A stretch of 64,000 nt of DNA from Calothrix sp. NIES-2098 (lineage in GTDB: Bacteria > Cyanobacteriota > Cyanobacteriia > Cyanobacteriales > Nostocaceae). Under the pieces are notes generated by a model, which saw nothing but the letters and a program-made list of their open reading frames with translations, was not told where the DNA came from and did no database searches. Below, piece by piece: positions 1 to 9,890 of this stretch (positions are counted from its first letter, which is position 1; each line of letters starts with the position of its first letter). Made by a program: the position numbers and the translations under genes. The stretch lies in the NCBI GenBank assembly GCA_002368175.1, contig AP018172.1, positions 221,599 through 285,598 of the forward strand, in the 5' to 3' direction.

Positions 1-479
1 AGGCCAACAATATTTAAAGCCGTCAAAAGTGCGATCGCAACTGCTGCATAAATAGATGGTGAAAATGTACCTAGCCGCCATATCTGAGAAGCATAATCAC
101 CAAAAACAAATGCTAACAATGCAATGGAACCAGTTTGAATTACTGTCATTCGTGCCCAGGCAAATAAAAAGCCGACTTGCCGCCCAAAAGCACGCTTCAA
201 GTAATAGTAAACACCTCCCACATCAGGGTAAGTTGTTGCTAACTCTGCATAGCATAATGCTCCTACCAGAGACACTAAACCACCGATCAGCCAGAACAGC
301 AAAACAGCAAGATCGCTATTTGCATAATTCGCCACTAAAGCAGGAGTTTCAAAAATCCCCGCCCCAATCACAATTCCGACTATCAATGCTACAGCATCTG
401 GTAATGTGAGCGATTGCTTTGGTGTTGCTACCGACGATCCTAACTCCTCAATTAAATTGTAAGTTTCGCGTCTACTCAC
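1..479 (-). CDS. APC-family amino acid permease, N-terminal part only; the gene runs off the window start
   Basis: Reverse-strand translation from GTG at 479, with AGGAG 7 nt upstream, reads VSRRETYNLIEELGSSVATPKQSLTLPDAVALIVGIVIGAGIFETPALVANYANS.... This is a typical APC-permease TM1 region (GxGIF). The + strand ORF at 56..409 is its antisense shadow. Confidence 0.7.
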   Translation of the reverse strand, partial: MSRRETYNLIEELGSSVATPKQSLTLPDAVALIVGIVIGAGIFETPALVANYANSDLAVLLFWLIGGLVSLVGALCYAELATTYPDVGGVYYYLKRAFGRQVGFLFAWARMTVIQTGSIALLAFVFGDYASQIWRLGTFSPSIYAAVAIALLTALNIVG

Positions 480-1105
480 TGTAACTCCTAATTGATATTG
501 AGTAATCAATGGGGATTCTGCAATTAAATTGCATCATCTTGGCTGCAACAGAAGAATCCTCCTTTTTGATACTCAAGACTTGAGAAAGCTTTTAGGTTCA
601 GTTAAGGCTCATAGTTATCTTCAAACAATTTTGGATCTGGGATTTTTGATTGATTCCACAAGTAAATCTGTGACTGTTTAGCATCCAGCAATTATTGGCC
701 GCGCTCGAAAAATTAGTATTTTAGTACTGATTTTTTGAGATTACATTCATTTTTTCTGACAGAGATTAATTTAATAATTTGTGCAGATGAAATGAACGAC
801 CTTTATATCTAAAAGTATTTATTTTTGCCAATACATCTATAAAAAGATAGATAAATCGTTTATTTCTCAAGATAGAAAGAAGTCATCTAAATTTTTATTA
901 GGCTTTACCCAGTAAGCACAAATTGGAATTATTGCACAGATATACAATATATTCTGATGCGATATTTTTTGAATAATTAAACTCAAAACTTCAGATAAAT
1001 TACTCTCTATCTTCTGGTTGTGACATTTATCTCAAGCGATAGAAACAATTTTGATTTTTTTTAGATAAATTAATTACAAATCGGATGATAGTTTGTGAGG
1101 AAGTT

Positions 1106-1378
1106 ATGAATATTATTGCTTGGGTTATTTTAGGACTTCTAGCTGGTGCGATCGCGAAAGCAATTTATCCAGGTTATCAGGGTGGCGGAATTCTATCAAC
1201 AATAGTTTTAGGAATTATTGGTGCAATCATTGGTGGAAGTCTGTACACGCTTTTACAAACAGGAACTCTACAACTTACTGCTGCTGGTTTTAGTTTGACA
1301 GGTCTATTTATAGCTGTAATTGGTGCAATTATTGCTATTTACCTCTGGGGACTTTTAAGTAGAAGTAGCAGGGTCTAA
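1106..1378 (+). CDS. GlsB/YeaQ/YmgE-family transglycosylase-associated stress membrane protein
   Basis: MNIIAWVILGLLAGAIAKAIYPGYQGGGILSTIVLGIIGAIIGG... is a Gly-rich two-TM small protein. GAGGAAG RBS lies 4 nt before the ATG at 1106. The ORF track begins at 1085, but the internal start is better supported. Confidence 0.8.
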   Translation: MNIIAWVILGLLAGAIAKAIYPGYQGGGILSTIVLGIIGAIIGGSLYTLLQTGTLQLTAAGFSLTGLFIAVIGAIIAIYLWGLLSRSSRV

Positions 1379-1450
1379 TTCCAGGTGGTAGGTCAAAAAG
1401 TAGAGAAGTAAATTAATTTGACCACATCATTGTTTCAGGAAGAACAAGAC

Positions 1451-2143
1451 ATGTTTTTTCATAAAAAAGAACCAATTCATGCAGTAAATGTTGGTGATGC
1501 CAATCCTCGTTTTGCTCAGTTACTTTTAGAACAGTTTGGCGGAGCGACAGGAGAACTTTCAGCTGCTCTACAATACTGGGTACAATCTTTCCATGTCGAA
1601 AATGCAGGCATTAAAGATATGCTGCAAGACATTGCTATCGAGGAATTTAGCCATTTAGAAATGGTGGGTAAACTCATCGAAGCTCATACAAAAAACGTCG
1701 ATCAAACAGAGGCTTATAAGAGTACTCTATTTGCGATTAGAGGAGTAGGCCCTCACTTTCTAGATAGTCAGGGTAACGCTTGGACTGCAAATTACCTCAA
1801 TGAAGGTGGAGATGTAGTGCGCGATTTGAGAGCTAACATTGCAGCTGAAGCTGGCGCGCGTCAGACTTACGAAGAGTTGATTAAGTTAGCAACAGATGAT
1901 GGAACTAAGAAGACTTTGGTGCATCTGTTAACTAGAGAAATTTCTCATACCCAGATGTTTATGAAAGCATTAGATTCTCTAGGCAAATTGACAGATCCAA
2001 TATTTGGTAATATTCAGCCTGACGAAACTGTTGCTCTCTACTACAACTTATCTACAAATGGTAATGGTCATGATGAGCGCGGCCCTTGGAATTCCGAGCC
2101 AACATTCAAATACATTGCCGATCCGCTACAAAAACACTCCTAA
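1451..2143 (+). CDS. Manganese catalase (ferritin-like di-Mn catalase)
   Basis: MFFHKKEPIHAVNVGDANPRFAQLLLEQFGGATGELSAALQYWVQSFH...EEFSHLEMVGKLIE has the characteristic Mn-catalase N-terminus and EExxH metal ligands. AGGAAG lies upstream of the ATG at 1451. Confidence 0.85.
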   Translation: MFFHKKEPIHAVNVGDANPRFAQLLLEQFGGATGELSAALQYWVQSFHVENAGIKDMLQDIAIEEFSHLEMVGKLIEAHTKNVDQTEAYKSTLFAIRGVGPHFLDSQGNAWTANYLNEGGDVVRDLRANIAAEAGARQTYEELIKLATDDGTKKTLVHLLTREISHTQMFMKALDSLGKLTDPIFGNIQPDETVALYYNLSTNGNGHDERGPWNSEPTFKYIADPLQKHS

Positions 2144-2240
2144 TTAATTGAACTAGGAGGATTAAGTGAGCCAGCTAGAAGTAATTCTCTGGCTCATTTT
2201 TCAGGCAAAAATTAGAATTTAAATTATGGAGAATTAACTA

Positions 2241-2969
2241 GTGATTGTCAATGCTACACCCAATGGTTGGGAAATTATTTATCATCGGGCACATGCTTTA
2301 TTAGCAGCTCAATTAGCGGGACAGTGGCGACGCAAAAATGCTCCACCAAGGTTATATGAAACCCTAGCTGCAATTTCCCACCATGATGATTTAGAAAAAG
2401 AGTGGGAAGAAGATATTTTAACTGAAGCTGGAGCGCCAATGGACTTCACCCTAAGTCAAGATACCGATGTAGAAAAAATTGCGAATCTGGTGAAAAATGC
2501 ACGCTATCGAGGAAGGTGGGTAGCTTTATTAATTTCTAAGCATATGAGTCGGCTACATGAGTCAAAACGCGGCCAGATTCCAGAACTAGACAAATTTTTA
2601 GATGCGCAAATAGAGAACCAAGAACTTTGGACGAAGGAATTGGGTATTGAAAAAAAAGACGTAGATGCTGCTTATGCATTTATGCAATGGTGCGATCGCT
2701 TATCTCTCATTCTCTGCCAACAAGAGCTACCTGCTGATGAGCGATGGTTAGAAATTAGCAAAGGCCCTGAGGAACAACGTTACGACATTATGCAGCGTAG
2801 CGATTCTTTAGTGACTGTTAAACCTTGGCCTTTTGAAGATGAAAAATTCACAGTCAATATCGAAGCCTGCGATGTCTCCCAATTGAAATTTAAAAATAGC
2901 GCAGAACTTTCTCAAGCACTCCAAGAAGCCCCGATCAAAATACTGGAGTGGACATTTGTGAAGAGTTAG
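2241..2969 (+). CDS. Conserved hypothetical protein, probably DUF3891 family
   Basis: GTG start (MIVNATPNGWEIIYHRAHALLAAQLAG...) with GGAG 9 nt upstream. Family recalled from memory and not verifiable here. Confidence 0.5.
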   Translation: MIVNATPNGWEIIYHRAHALLAAQLAGQWRRKNAPPRLYETLAAISHHDDLEKEWEEDILTEAGAPMDFTLSQDTDVEKIANLVKNARYRGRWVALLISKHMSRLHESKRGQIPELDKFLDAQIENQELWTKELGIEKKDVDAAYAFMQWCDRLSLILCQQELPADERWLEISKGPEEQRYDIMQRSDSLVTVKPWPFEDEKFTVNIEACDVSQLKFKNSAELSQALQEAPIKILEWTFVKS

Positions 2970-3133
2970 CTAACAAATTAGTCAGAGAGCAGGAGGCTGA
3001 GGAGCAGGGAGCAGGGGGAACAAACGAGTGTGGGGAGAAATGGGACAAGGGCAAGGAAGCAGAGGAGGAAAGAAATAATTACTGCCTTTTAACTTTGGAC
3101 TCTGGACTAATGACACTTGACCCTTGACTCTCT

Positions 3134-4015
3134 TCAAATATTTTTATGGGATAGCTGGGTAATGCACATTGCAATACCCTTTTCATAATAGGCGGCTTCG
3201 TTAATAAAAACTGGATACACAGTTGAATCCCCTTCATAAACAATTTCTTTACCCTCAAAGGTTAAAAAAATTGGCTCTCCCGGATCGAGTGGTTGATAAT
3301 CTTGAAATTGTAGTTGAGGATGAATCATTGCTTGAATTTCTCCTAACTCATTTCTCGGATAATCAATTGTCTGGATGCTGTGATAAACGCTAATTGTCTC
3401 TTTTCCATCTGGGGAATTGCCTTGATTATAAGCTGCTAAATAATCTAAAATTGCGCGAACAATTTCTTCAGTTTCTTGAAATAAAGCAGCATCTAAAACA
3501 TTTTGAGCCACTGCACCAACTTCAAGGGTGCAGCCAAATTCACAAATTGAATCTAGATGAGGTCTTTCTTGATTTCTACTTGTTGAATAAAGGATTTTGA
3601 CTTTGGAATTTATCGTTGTCAAATAAGCTGCTAATTGCAGATTTAATAAATTCTCATTACTTAAGATAATAGACAGCCCCATATTAGCTGTAGAACTGTG
3701 TAAATCAATCACGAAATCTGCTTGCTGGCTACCTTGAGAGCCAAAAGTCTGATAAATTATCTTTGCTTGTTGCGCTTCATAACTAGACAAATTAGGATTT
3801 TCTAAATCTTGGCGAAGAAAACAGCGATTCAGATCGGTATCAACATATCTTTTACCAATCGCATACGCTTTAGGATTGCCAATCATTGTCAGACTTTCAA
3901 AACTTGAGCGCTGAATCAAATGAGGCGATCGCTCAAATTTTTTCACCAAATAAATTCCTGTCAGTTCATTTCCGTGAGTTCCACCGACAATCACAACACG
4001 CTTGATTTTGCTCAT
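3134..4015 (-). CDS. Aspartoacylase / succinylglutamate desuccinylase family zinc hydrolase
   Basis: MSKIKRVVIVGGTHGNELTGIYLV... is the GGTHGNE zinc-binding motif of the AstE/AspA family. It is divergent from a LysR gene. Confidence 0.8.
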   Translation of the reverse strand: MSKIKRVVIVGGTHGNELTGIYLVKKFERSPHLIQRSSFESLTMIGNPKAYAIGKRYVDTDLNRCFLRQDLENPNLSSYEAQQAKIIYQTFGSQGSQQADFVIDLHSSTANMGLSIILSNENLLNLQLAAYLTTINSKVKILYSTSRNQERPHLDSICEFGCTLEVGAVAQNVLDAALFQETEEIVRAILDYLAAYNQGNSPDGKETISVYHSIQTIDYPRNELGEIQAMIHPQLQFQDYQPLDPGEPIFLTFEGKEIVYEGDSTVYPVFINEAAYYEKGIAMCITQLSHKNI

Positions 4016-4162
4016 AGTTATAGCGATCGCCCCGATAAACCTACACGTTCAATAGATCTTGACAATAGTCTTTATGTGTAACTATAAGCGAAAGCAACTA
4101 TATTAAAGATACTTTTTTAACGAGTACACTATATATAAAAAATATAGTAGTCATAGTCAGCA

Positions 4163-5059
4163 ATGGAACTTCGACATTTGCGCTACTTTATTGTTGTGGC
4201 TGAAGAAAAGAATTTTAGCTACGCAGCTCAACGCTTGCACATAGCGCAACCTCCCCTCAGCCAGCAAATTAGCGCCCTCGAAGATGAAATTGGTGTCAAA
4301 CTGTTCGATCGCAAAAAGCGGCCGCTACAACTCACATCTGCGGGAGAAGTATTTTTAGAAGAAGCGCGGTTAGTTTTAACTCAACTCGAACGTGCAATTG
4401 TGCAAACACAACGAGCCAGTCGCGGTGAAATTGGACAATTGGTAGTTGGTACTAACAGTTCGATTGCGAACAGCCTTCTACCCGATATGCTGCGAACATT
4501 CCGCGATCGCTTTCCTCATGTCAAACTAGTGTTGCGCGAACTTACAGCTTCCGAACAGATTCAAGAACTACACAATCGCCGTCTTGATATTGGATTTGAC
4601 CGCTTACCCCATTCTCATCAACAAGATACTAACTTGAATTATCTGCCGATTGGGCGCGAGTCTTTAGTGATTGCATTACCTAAAACCCATCCCCTCACCG
4701 CCCATGCAGAAATTCCTCTCGAAGCAATGGCTAATGAACCTTTTGTTTTACCTTCGCCAGAAATCGTTCCTTCTTACACTGAGATTATTAATCTCTGTCA
4801 GCAGGCTGGCTTTTTTCCCAAAGTAGTTCAAGAAGCAACTTGGACGATCACAGTTCTTAGCTTAGTTGCTGGTGGTGTAGGAGTCGCACTTCTACCTAGC
4901 AATGTTCAAAATCTGCAACGTACAGGCGTTGTTTACAGACCTATCAAAGGTGCAAATTTCACACGAGAGATTGTAGTTGTTTGGCGACAAGGAGATTCAT
5001 CACCTGTTTTGCAGGAATTTCTCAATGTAATTCGAGAATTAACTCCCTCGGATCTCTAA
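4163..5059 (+). CDS. LysR-family transcriptional regulator
   Basis: MELRHLRYFIVVAEEKNFSYAAQRLHIAQPPLSQQISALEDEIGVKLFDR is the canonical LysR HTH N-terminus. The gene is divergent from the aspartoacylase gene. Confidence 0.9.
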   Translation: MELRHLRYFIVVAEEKNFSYAAQRLHIAQPPLSQQISALEDEIGVKLFDRKKRPLQLTSAGEVFLEEARLVLTQLERAIVQTQRASRGEIGQLVVGTNSSIANSLLPDMLRTFRDRFPHVKLVLRELTASEQIQELHNRRLDIGFDRLPHSHQQDTNLNYLPIGRESLVIALPKTHPLTAHAEIPLEAMANEPFVLPSPEIVPSYTEIINLCQQAGFFPKVVQEATWTITVLSLVAGGVGVALLPSNVQNLQRTGVVYRPIKGANFTREIVVVWRQGDSSPVLQEFLNVIRELTPSDL

Positions 5060-5130
5060 ATTTCAGCCTAAAGATATTGACTTTTGTATATACTTAGTAG
5101 AGCAATTATTTATGTGAATGAAACAAAAAA

Positions 5131-5176
5131 CACCTGGGAGTGTTGCCGTGTTTCCACCCCAGGTGCTTTTCGTTTT
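5131..5176 (+). terminator. Rho-independent terminator after the LysR gene
   Basis: CACCTGGG-(19 nt)-CCCAGGTG stem followed by CTTTTCGTTTT. Confidence 0.6.
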
Positions 5177-5280
5177 AACTTGCTCCTCACACACAAATAA
5201 ACAATATCACCAGTTCTGTTAATATTTGGTATTTTAGATAACAATTTTAGAAAATCTTCAAGTTTTTTACTAAGTTATTA

Positions 5281-5400
5281 GTCATTGGTCAAGAGTCAAA
5301 AGTCCAAAGTCCAGAGTCAAAAGGCTATAGTCATTGGTTATTTGTTCTTCTCTCCCACACTCCCCACACTTCCTTTCCTCCCTCATCCCTAAGTCCCAGT
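5281..5400. repeat. Dispersed intergenic repeat (AGTCAA-like tandem hexamers, GTCATTGGT(T/C)ATT, CTCCCCACAC(T)TCC...), copy 1
   Basis: Sequence is agtcattggtcaagagtcaaaagtccaaagtccagagtcaaaagg...agtcattggttatttgttcttctctcccacactccccacacttcc. Related copies occur at 7064-7167, 28510-28610 and 52900-52960. Confidence 0.7.
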
Positions 5401-5429
5401 AAGATAAAAAAGGCGCAATATGAGTTCAG

Positions 5430-6233
5430 ATGCATAGCTTTATACCCCCAGAACGCTTTTTTCCCTATCTCAGTTGGACTGACATCCAGGCAATGCCAGA
5501 TAAAGAAAATGTGGTAATTATTCAACCAGTAGGAGCAATTGAACAACATGGCCCCCATTTACCACTAATTGTCGATGCAGCGATTGGCGTTGGGGTATTA
5601 GGAAAAGCCTTGGCAAAACTTGACTCTAGTATTCCGGCTTATGCTTTGCCGAGTATTAACTATGGTAAATCCAACGAACACTGGCATTTTCCCGGCACGA
5701 TTACCCTGAGTACGGAAACCCTCACGGCAACAATTATGGAGGTGGGAGATAGTATTTACCGCGCTGGGTTTAGAAAATTAGTGTTGATGAACTCCCACGG
5801 CGGACAGCCTCAAGTTATGCAAATGGCAGCGCGGGATTTACACGTTAAGTATGGTGACTTTTCAGTATTTCCATTATTTACATGGCGTGTGCCTAATATT
5901 ACTAAAGAATTGCTAACGCCAAAGGAAGCAAAATTAGGTATGCACGCCGGAGATGCTGAAACTAGTATTATGTTGGCACTTTTACCGGAGCAGGTAAAAC
6001 TAGATAAAGCTGTAGCTGAGTATCCACCAGAACAATCACAAAGTACTTTGCTGAGTTGGGAAGGTCAACTACCTGTGGCTTGGGTAACACGAGATATCAG
6101 TAAAAGCGGAGTCATTGGTGATGCGACAACTGCTACCAAAGAAAAAGGCGATCGCATTCTCGAATCTGTCTCCGATGGCTGGGTACAAGTGATTCATGAT
6201 ATCTATCACTTCCAACCACCTCAAATCGCTTAA
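5430..6233 (+). CDS. Creatininase-family amidohydrolase
   Basis: ...VVIIQPVGAIEQHGPHLPLIVDAAIG...LVLMNSHGGQ... carries the EQHGPHLP and NSHGG motifs of the creatininase fold. Confidence 0.8.
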   Translation: MHSFIPPERFFPYLSWTDIQAMPDKENVVIIQPVGAIEQHGPHLPLIVDAAIGVGVLGKALAKLDSSIPAYALPSINYGKSNEHWHFPGTITLSTETLTATIMEVGDSIYRAGFRKLVLMNSHGGQPQVMQMAARDLHVKYGDFSVFPLFTWRVPNITKELLTPKEAKLGMHAGDAETSIMLALLPEQVKLDKAVAEYPPEQSQSTLLSWEGQLPVAWVTRDISKSGVIGDATTATKEKGDRILESVSDGWVQVIHDIYHFQPPQIA

Positions 6234-6248
6234 TCGCTAAATCTCAGC

Positions 6249-6599
6249 CTAAACTTTCGAGGCTGTTTGTTTATCAGCCGACGCACAAATATTTAGTGGT
6301 TGAGCCGATCGCAAAACTGCATCCAACAATCCCGGAAATAGCGCTTCTAAATCCTCACGCCGCAATTGGTTGATGTGCTGCGTTCCTTCTTTATGAGTCA
6401 ATACAACTCCCGACTCTCGCAAAATCTTAAAATGGTTTGACATTGTGGATTTGGCGATCGCAAAATCAAACCCCGCACAGCATTGTTCTCCCTTAGTCGC
6501 TAACAGCCGCACAATCTCTAGCCTTACTGGGTCGCCTAAAGCATATAGCACCCCCGCTAAAGATATATCTTTTCGATCTGGATGATACAAAAATCTCAT
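6249..6599 (-). CDS. ArsR/SmtB-family (HTH) transcriptional regulator
   Basis: GDPVRLEIVRLLATKGEQCCAGFDFAIAKSTMSNHFKILRESGVV is an ArsR-type winged HTH with a Cys pair. It is divergent from thioredoxin. Confidence 0.75.
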   Translation of the reverse strand: MRFLYHPDRKDISLAGVLYALGDPVRLEIVRLLATKGEQCCAGFDFAIAKSTMSNHFKILRESGVVLTHKEGTQHINQLRREDLEALFPGLLDAVLRSAQPLNICASADKQTASKV

Positions 6600-6636
6600 A
6601 GTTGCACTATCTCATAAAATGGCATATATTTTACTT

Positions 6637-6653
6637 ATTCGATATTATCGAAT
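6637..6653. promoter_or_regulatory. Perfect 17-bp palindrome ATTCGATATTATCGAAT in the shared ArsR/thioredoxin promoter; candidate ArsR operator
   Basis: ATTCGATA-T-TATCGAAT is a perfect inverted repeat about 27 nt upstream of the trx ATG and about 38 nt upstream of the ArsR start. Confidence 0.45.
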
Positions 6654-6679
6654 AATAGAATTAAATTGGGAGGACAATT

Positions 6680-7012
6680 ATGTCATCCGTTACAAATGTC
6701 ACGGAAGCCACATTTAAGCAAGAAGTCCTTGAAAGCCAAGTTCCCGTCTTAGTAGACTTTTGGGCACCTTGGTGTGGCCCTTGCAGAATGGTCGCTCCGG
6801 TTATCGATGAGGTCGCTACCGAATACGATGGCCAGGTGAAAGTGGTGAAACTGAACACAGATCAAAATCCCACCGTTGCCAGTCACTATGGTATTCGGAG
6901 TATTCCTACACTAATGGTATTTAAGGGAGGCCGACAAGTCGATACGGTCGTGGGAGCCGTGCCCAAAACCACTTTAGCTAAGACTTTATCACAGCATATT
7001 TCCCAAAGTTAA
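6680..7012 (+). CDS. trxA: Thioredoxin
   Basis: [22 protein letters not shown] has the WCGPC active site. GGGAGG RBS precedes the start. Length 110 aa. Confidence 0.92.
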   Translation: MSSVTNVTEATFKQEVLESQVPVLVDFWAPWCGPCRMVAPVIDEVATEYDGQVKVVKLNTDQNPTVASHYGIRSIPTLMVFKGGRQVDTVVGAVPKTTLAKTLSQHISQS

Positions 7013-7063
7013 CCGCCTAGAGTGGGCTAATTATACGACTTGAGATAGGGGAGTCTTTGTTTC

Positions 7064-7167
7064 TTCAAAGTCAAGGGTCAAGGGTCAAAGGTCAATAGTC
7101 ATTGGTCATTTGTCATTGGTTATTTCTCCCTTGTCTCCCTTGCCTCCCCACACTCTCTTCTCTCCCA
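7064..7167. repeat. Dispersed intergenic repeat, copy 2 (same family as 5281-5400)
   Basis: Sequence is caaagtcaagggtcaagggtcaaaggtcaatagtcattggtcatttgtcattggttatttctcccttgtctcccttgcctccccacactc. Confidence 0.7.
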
Positions 7168-7177
7168 GGAGAATCAA

Positions 7178-7972
7178 ATGGACTTAAAATTACAAGGTAA
7201 ATCAGCGCTGGTGAGTGGTTCAACCGCAGGTATTGGTTTAGCCATTGCCCAAGCGTTAGTAAAAGAAGATGCATCAGTCATAGTTAATGGACGATCTGCT
7301 GCACGAGTGACAGAAGCGATCGCCAAAATTCAGCACAGTCATCCAGAAGCAAAAGTTTCGGGTGTAGTTGCGGATTTAGGGACACAAGAAGGAATCAAGC
7401 AACTATTTGCGGAAGTCCCTCACGTCGATATCTTGATTAACAATCTCGGCATTTACGAGCCAAAAGGATTTTTTGATATCGCTGACGAAGACTGGTTGAA
7501 CATATTTGAAGTTAACGTACTCAGTGGTGTTCGTTTAAGTCGGCAATATCTGCAAAAGATGCAGCAGCAGAATTGGGGGCGAATAATTTTTATTTCCAGT
7601 GAGTCTGCGGTGCAGATTCCTGTAGAAATGATTCACTATGGCATGACTAAGACATCTCAGCTAGCGATCGCCAGAGGTCTAGCAGAAATCAGTGTTGGTA
7701 CTGGCGTAACGGTGAACTCTGTATTACCAGGGCCGACTCGCTCAGAAGGTGTGGAAGAATTTATCACCCAGATAGCGCAAGAACGAGGCGTTACTCCCAG
7801 CGAAGCCGAGGCAGAGTTTTTCCGGACTCTGCGCCCCACTTCCCTGCTCAAACGCTTTGCAACTTGTGAAGAAGTCGCTGCGATCGTCGTTTACCTAGCC
7901 AGTCCTCTGGCTTCGGCAACTAATGGCGCAGCTTTGCGGGTAGATGGTGGCGTGATTCGGTCGATTATTTAG
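7178..7972 (+). CDS. SDR-family oxidoreductase
   Basis: MDLKLQGKSALVSGSTAGIGLAIAQAL is the TGxxxGxG Rossmann motif. Length 264 aa. Confidence 0.85.
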   Translation: MDLKLQGKSALVSGSTAGIGLAIAQALVKEDASVIVNGRSAARVTEAIAKIQHSHPEAKVSGVVADLGTQEGIKQLFAEVPHVDILINNLGIYEPKGFFDIADEDWLNIFEVNVLSGVRLSRQYLQKMQQQNWGRIIFISSESAVQIPVEMIHYGMTKTSQLAIARGLAEISVGTGVTVNSVLPGPTRSEGVEEFITQIAQERGVTPSEAEAEFFRTLRPTSLLKRFATCEEVAAIVVYLASPLASATNGAALRVDGGVIRSII

Positions 7973-8006
7973 TCTATTTTTCCCCATTATTTTAGAGATC
8001 TGACCA

Positions 8007-9119
8007 ATGAATAATAGTATTAACTTGTTTTCTCCCTACCAATTAGGTGACTTAGAACTGCCCAACCGCATAGTCATGGCTCCTTTAACTAGACAAAGAG
8101 CAGGTAAGGGAAACGTACCGCACTCACTAAATGCTACATACTACGCTCAACGTGCTTCTGCTGGACTGATTATTGCAGAAGCAACTCAAGTTTCTCCTCA
8201 AGGACAAGGGTATCCTAATACACCAGGTATTTATTCAGCTGAACAAGTAGCGGGCTGGAAATTAGTCACCGATGCCGTGCATCAACAGGGAGGAAGAATT
8301 TTTTTGCAACTGTGGCACGTAGGCAGAATTTCTCACCCTGACTTTCAACCAGATGGAGCATTGCCTGTAGCACCTTCTGCGATCGCACCCAAAGGTGAAG
8401 CATTCACCTACGATGGGCCTAAACCTTTTGTCACTCCCCGCGCTTTGGAAACCTCAGAGATTCCAAAGATTGTCGAACAATACCGTCAAGCAGCAAGCAA
8501 TGCTCTAGCAGCTGGGTTTGATGGCATAGAAATTCACGCAGCTAATGGTTATTTAATTGACCAATTCCTCCGGGATGGTACGAATCAACGTACAGATGAG
8601 TATGGGGGCAGTATTGAGAACCGCGTCCGATTTTTACTAGAAATAATAGAGGCAGTAACTAGCGTCTGGGATGCTAACCGGGTAGGGGTACGCCTTTCTC
8701 CTAGCGGCACATTTAACGATATGCGTGACTCCAATCCCTTGGAGATATTTGGTTACACAGCGCAAGTACTGAACCAATTTAATTTAGCCTATCTACATAT
8801 TGTTGATTCCACAGACGCAGATATCAAATATGGTGGGACAGCAGTACCAACCAAGTATTTGCGAGAAAAGTATACGGGTACGCTGATTGCCAGTGCTGGT
8901 TATACCCGTGAGAAGGGTAATGCTGTCTTAGCTAACAAACAAGCCGATTTAGTAGCCTTTGGCACGCTATTTATAGCAAATCCGGATTTACCCCGACGCT
9001 TTGCTTTAAATGCACCGTTGAATCAACCAGATCCAGAAACTTTTTATGGTGGTGGCGAACAAGGATATACAGACTATCCGTTTTGGTCGGCTACTGGCGA
9101 ACAAGTAGTTAGTCTATAA
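8007..9119 (+). CDS. Old Yellow Enzyme family NADH:flavin oxidoreductase (alkene reductase, NemA/OPR-like)
   Basis: LFSPYQLGDLELPNRIVMAPLTRQRA...HAANGYLIDQFL is the OYE TIM-barrel signature. Confidence 0.88.
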   Translation: MNNSINLFSPYQLGDLELPNRIVMAPLTRQRAGKGNVPHSLNATYYAQRASAGLIIAEATQVSPQGQGYPNTPGIYSAEQVAGWKLVTDAVHQQGGRIFLQLWHVGRISHPDFQPDGALPVAPSAIAPKGEAFTYDGPKPFVTPRALETSEIPKIVEQYRQAASNALAAGFDGIEIHAANGYLIDQFLRDGTNQRTDEYGGSIENRVRFLLEIIEAVTSVWDANRVGVRLSPSGTFNDMRDSNPLEIFGYTAQVLNQFNLAYLHIVDSTDADIKYGGTAVPTKYLREKYTGTLIASAGYTREKGNAVLANKQADLVAFGTLFIANPDLPRRFALNAPLNQPDPETFYGGGEQGYTDYPFWSATGEQVVSL

Positions 9120-9224
9120 TGACTGCGATGTAATGGGAAGCAACCTTTTACACCGAAAAAGTATTTAGTCCGAGAACAAAAAGCGCTATAACAGCGTAGG
9201 AACCTAAACAATTCGGAGAATCTC

Positions 9225-9890
9225 ATGAGTGTAATTACACAAACTCAAGCCTTAGATGTACCTACCGCCATTCTCAAGCGTCGGTCGATTAAAACTTTCA
9301 AATCAGATCCCATAGCCCCAGAACTACTCAAGCAACTAGTAGAGTTAACCGTAGCCGCACCCAGCAGTTTTAATATCCAAGATTGGCAAATTATCCTCGT
9401 GCAAGATGAGGGACAAAAGGCAGCATTATCAGCAGCATCTTGGAATCAACAACAAATTATCCAAGCACCTGTAACATTTGTGTTTGCTGCCAATCCCAAA
9501 GCTGGAGAACAAGACTTAACTCCAATTTATGAAAAGGCGCTGGAAACTGGTGCATGGAATGAAGGTACAATCAACTACTTTAAGAATGCCATACCGCAAT
9601 TTCAAGCTTCTCTAGGAGACAAGCAACGCGAATATGCAATCAAAGATGCAATTATTGCTGCCACTCATTTGGTACTTGCAGCCGAAAGTTTAGGTTTATC
9701 TACCTGCTTTATGAATGGTTGGATTGAGGAGCAAGTGAAGGCGGTAATTGGTGCAGCAGACGATCCAGATTTAGCGATCGCAGTTGTAGTACCTGTTGGT
9801 TATGCCGCAGAACCACGCCTCAATCCCGGTCGCTTGCCGTTATCTGCTAACGTTTCTGTAGATAGAATAGGCAACCCATATCAGGGGTAA
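9225..9890 (+). CDS. Nitroreductase-family protein
   Basis: ILKRRSIKTFKSDPIAPELLKQLVELTVAAPSSFNIQDWQIILV is the nitroreductase N-terminal motif. Confidence 0.8.
   Translation: MSVITQTQALDVPTAILKRRSIKTFKSDPIAPELLKQLVELTVAAPSSFNIQDWQIILVQDEGQKAALSAASWNQQQIIQAPVTFVFAANPKAGEQDLTPIYEKALETGAWNEGTINYFKNAIPQFQASLGDKQREYAIKDAIIAATHLVLAAESLGLSTCFMNGWIEEQVKAVIGAADDPDLAIAVVVPVGYAAEPRLNPGRLPLSANVSVDRIGNPYQG

Noticed and set aside
56-409. 117-aa plus-strand ORF at the window start
   Set aside because: The opposite strand encodes a convincing APC permease N-terminus with an RBS, so the plus ORF is antisense noise.
3394-3600. 68-aa plus ORF inside the aspartoacylase gene
   Set aside because: Antisense overlap with a well-supported CDS.
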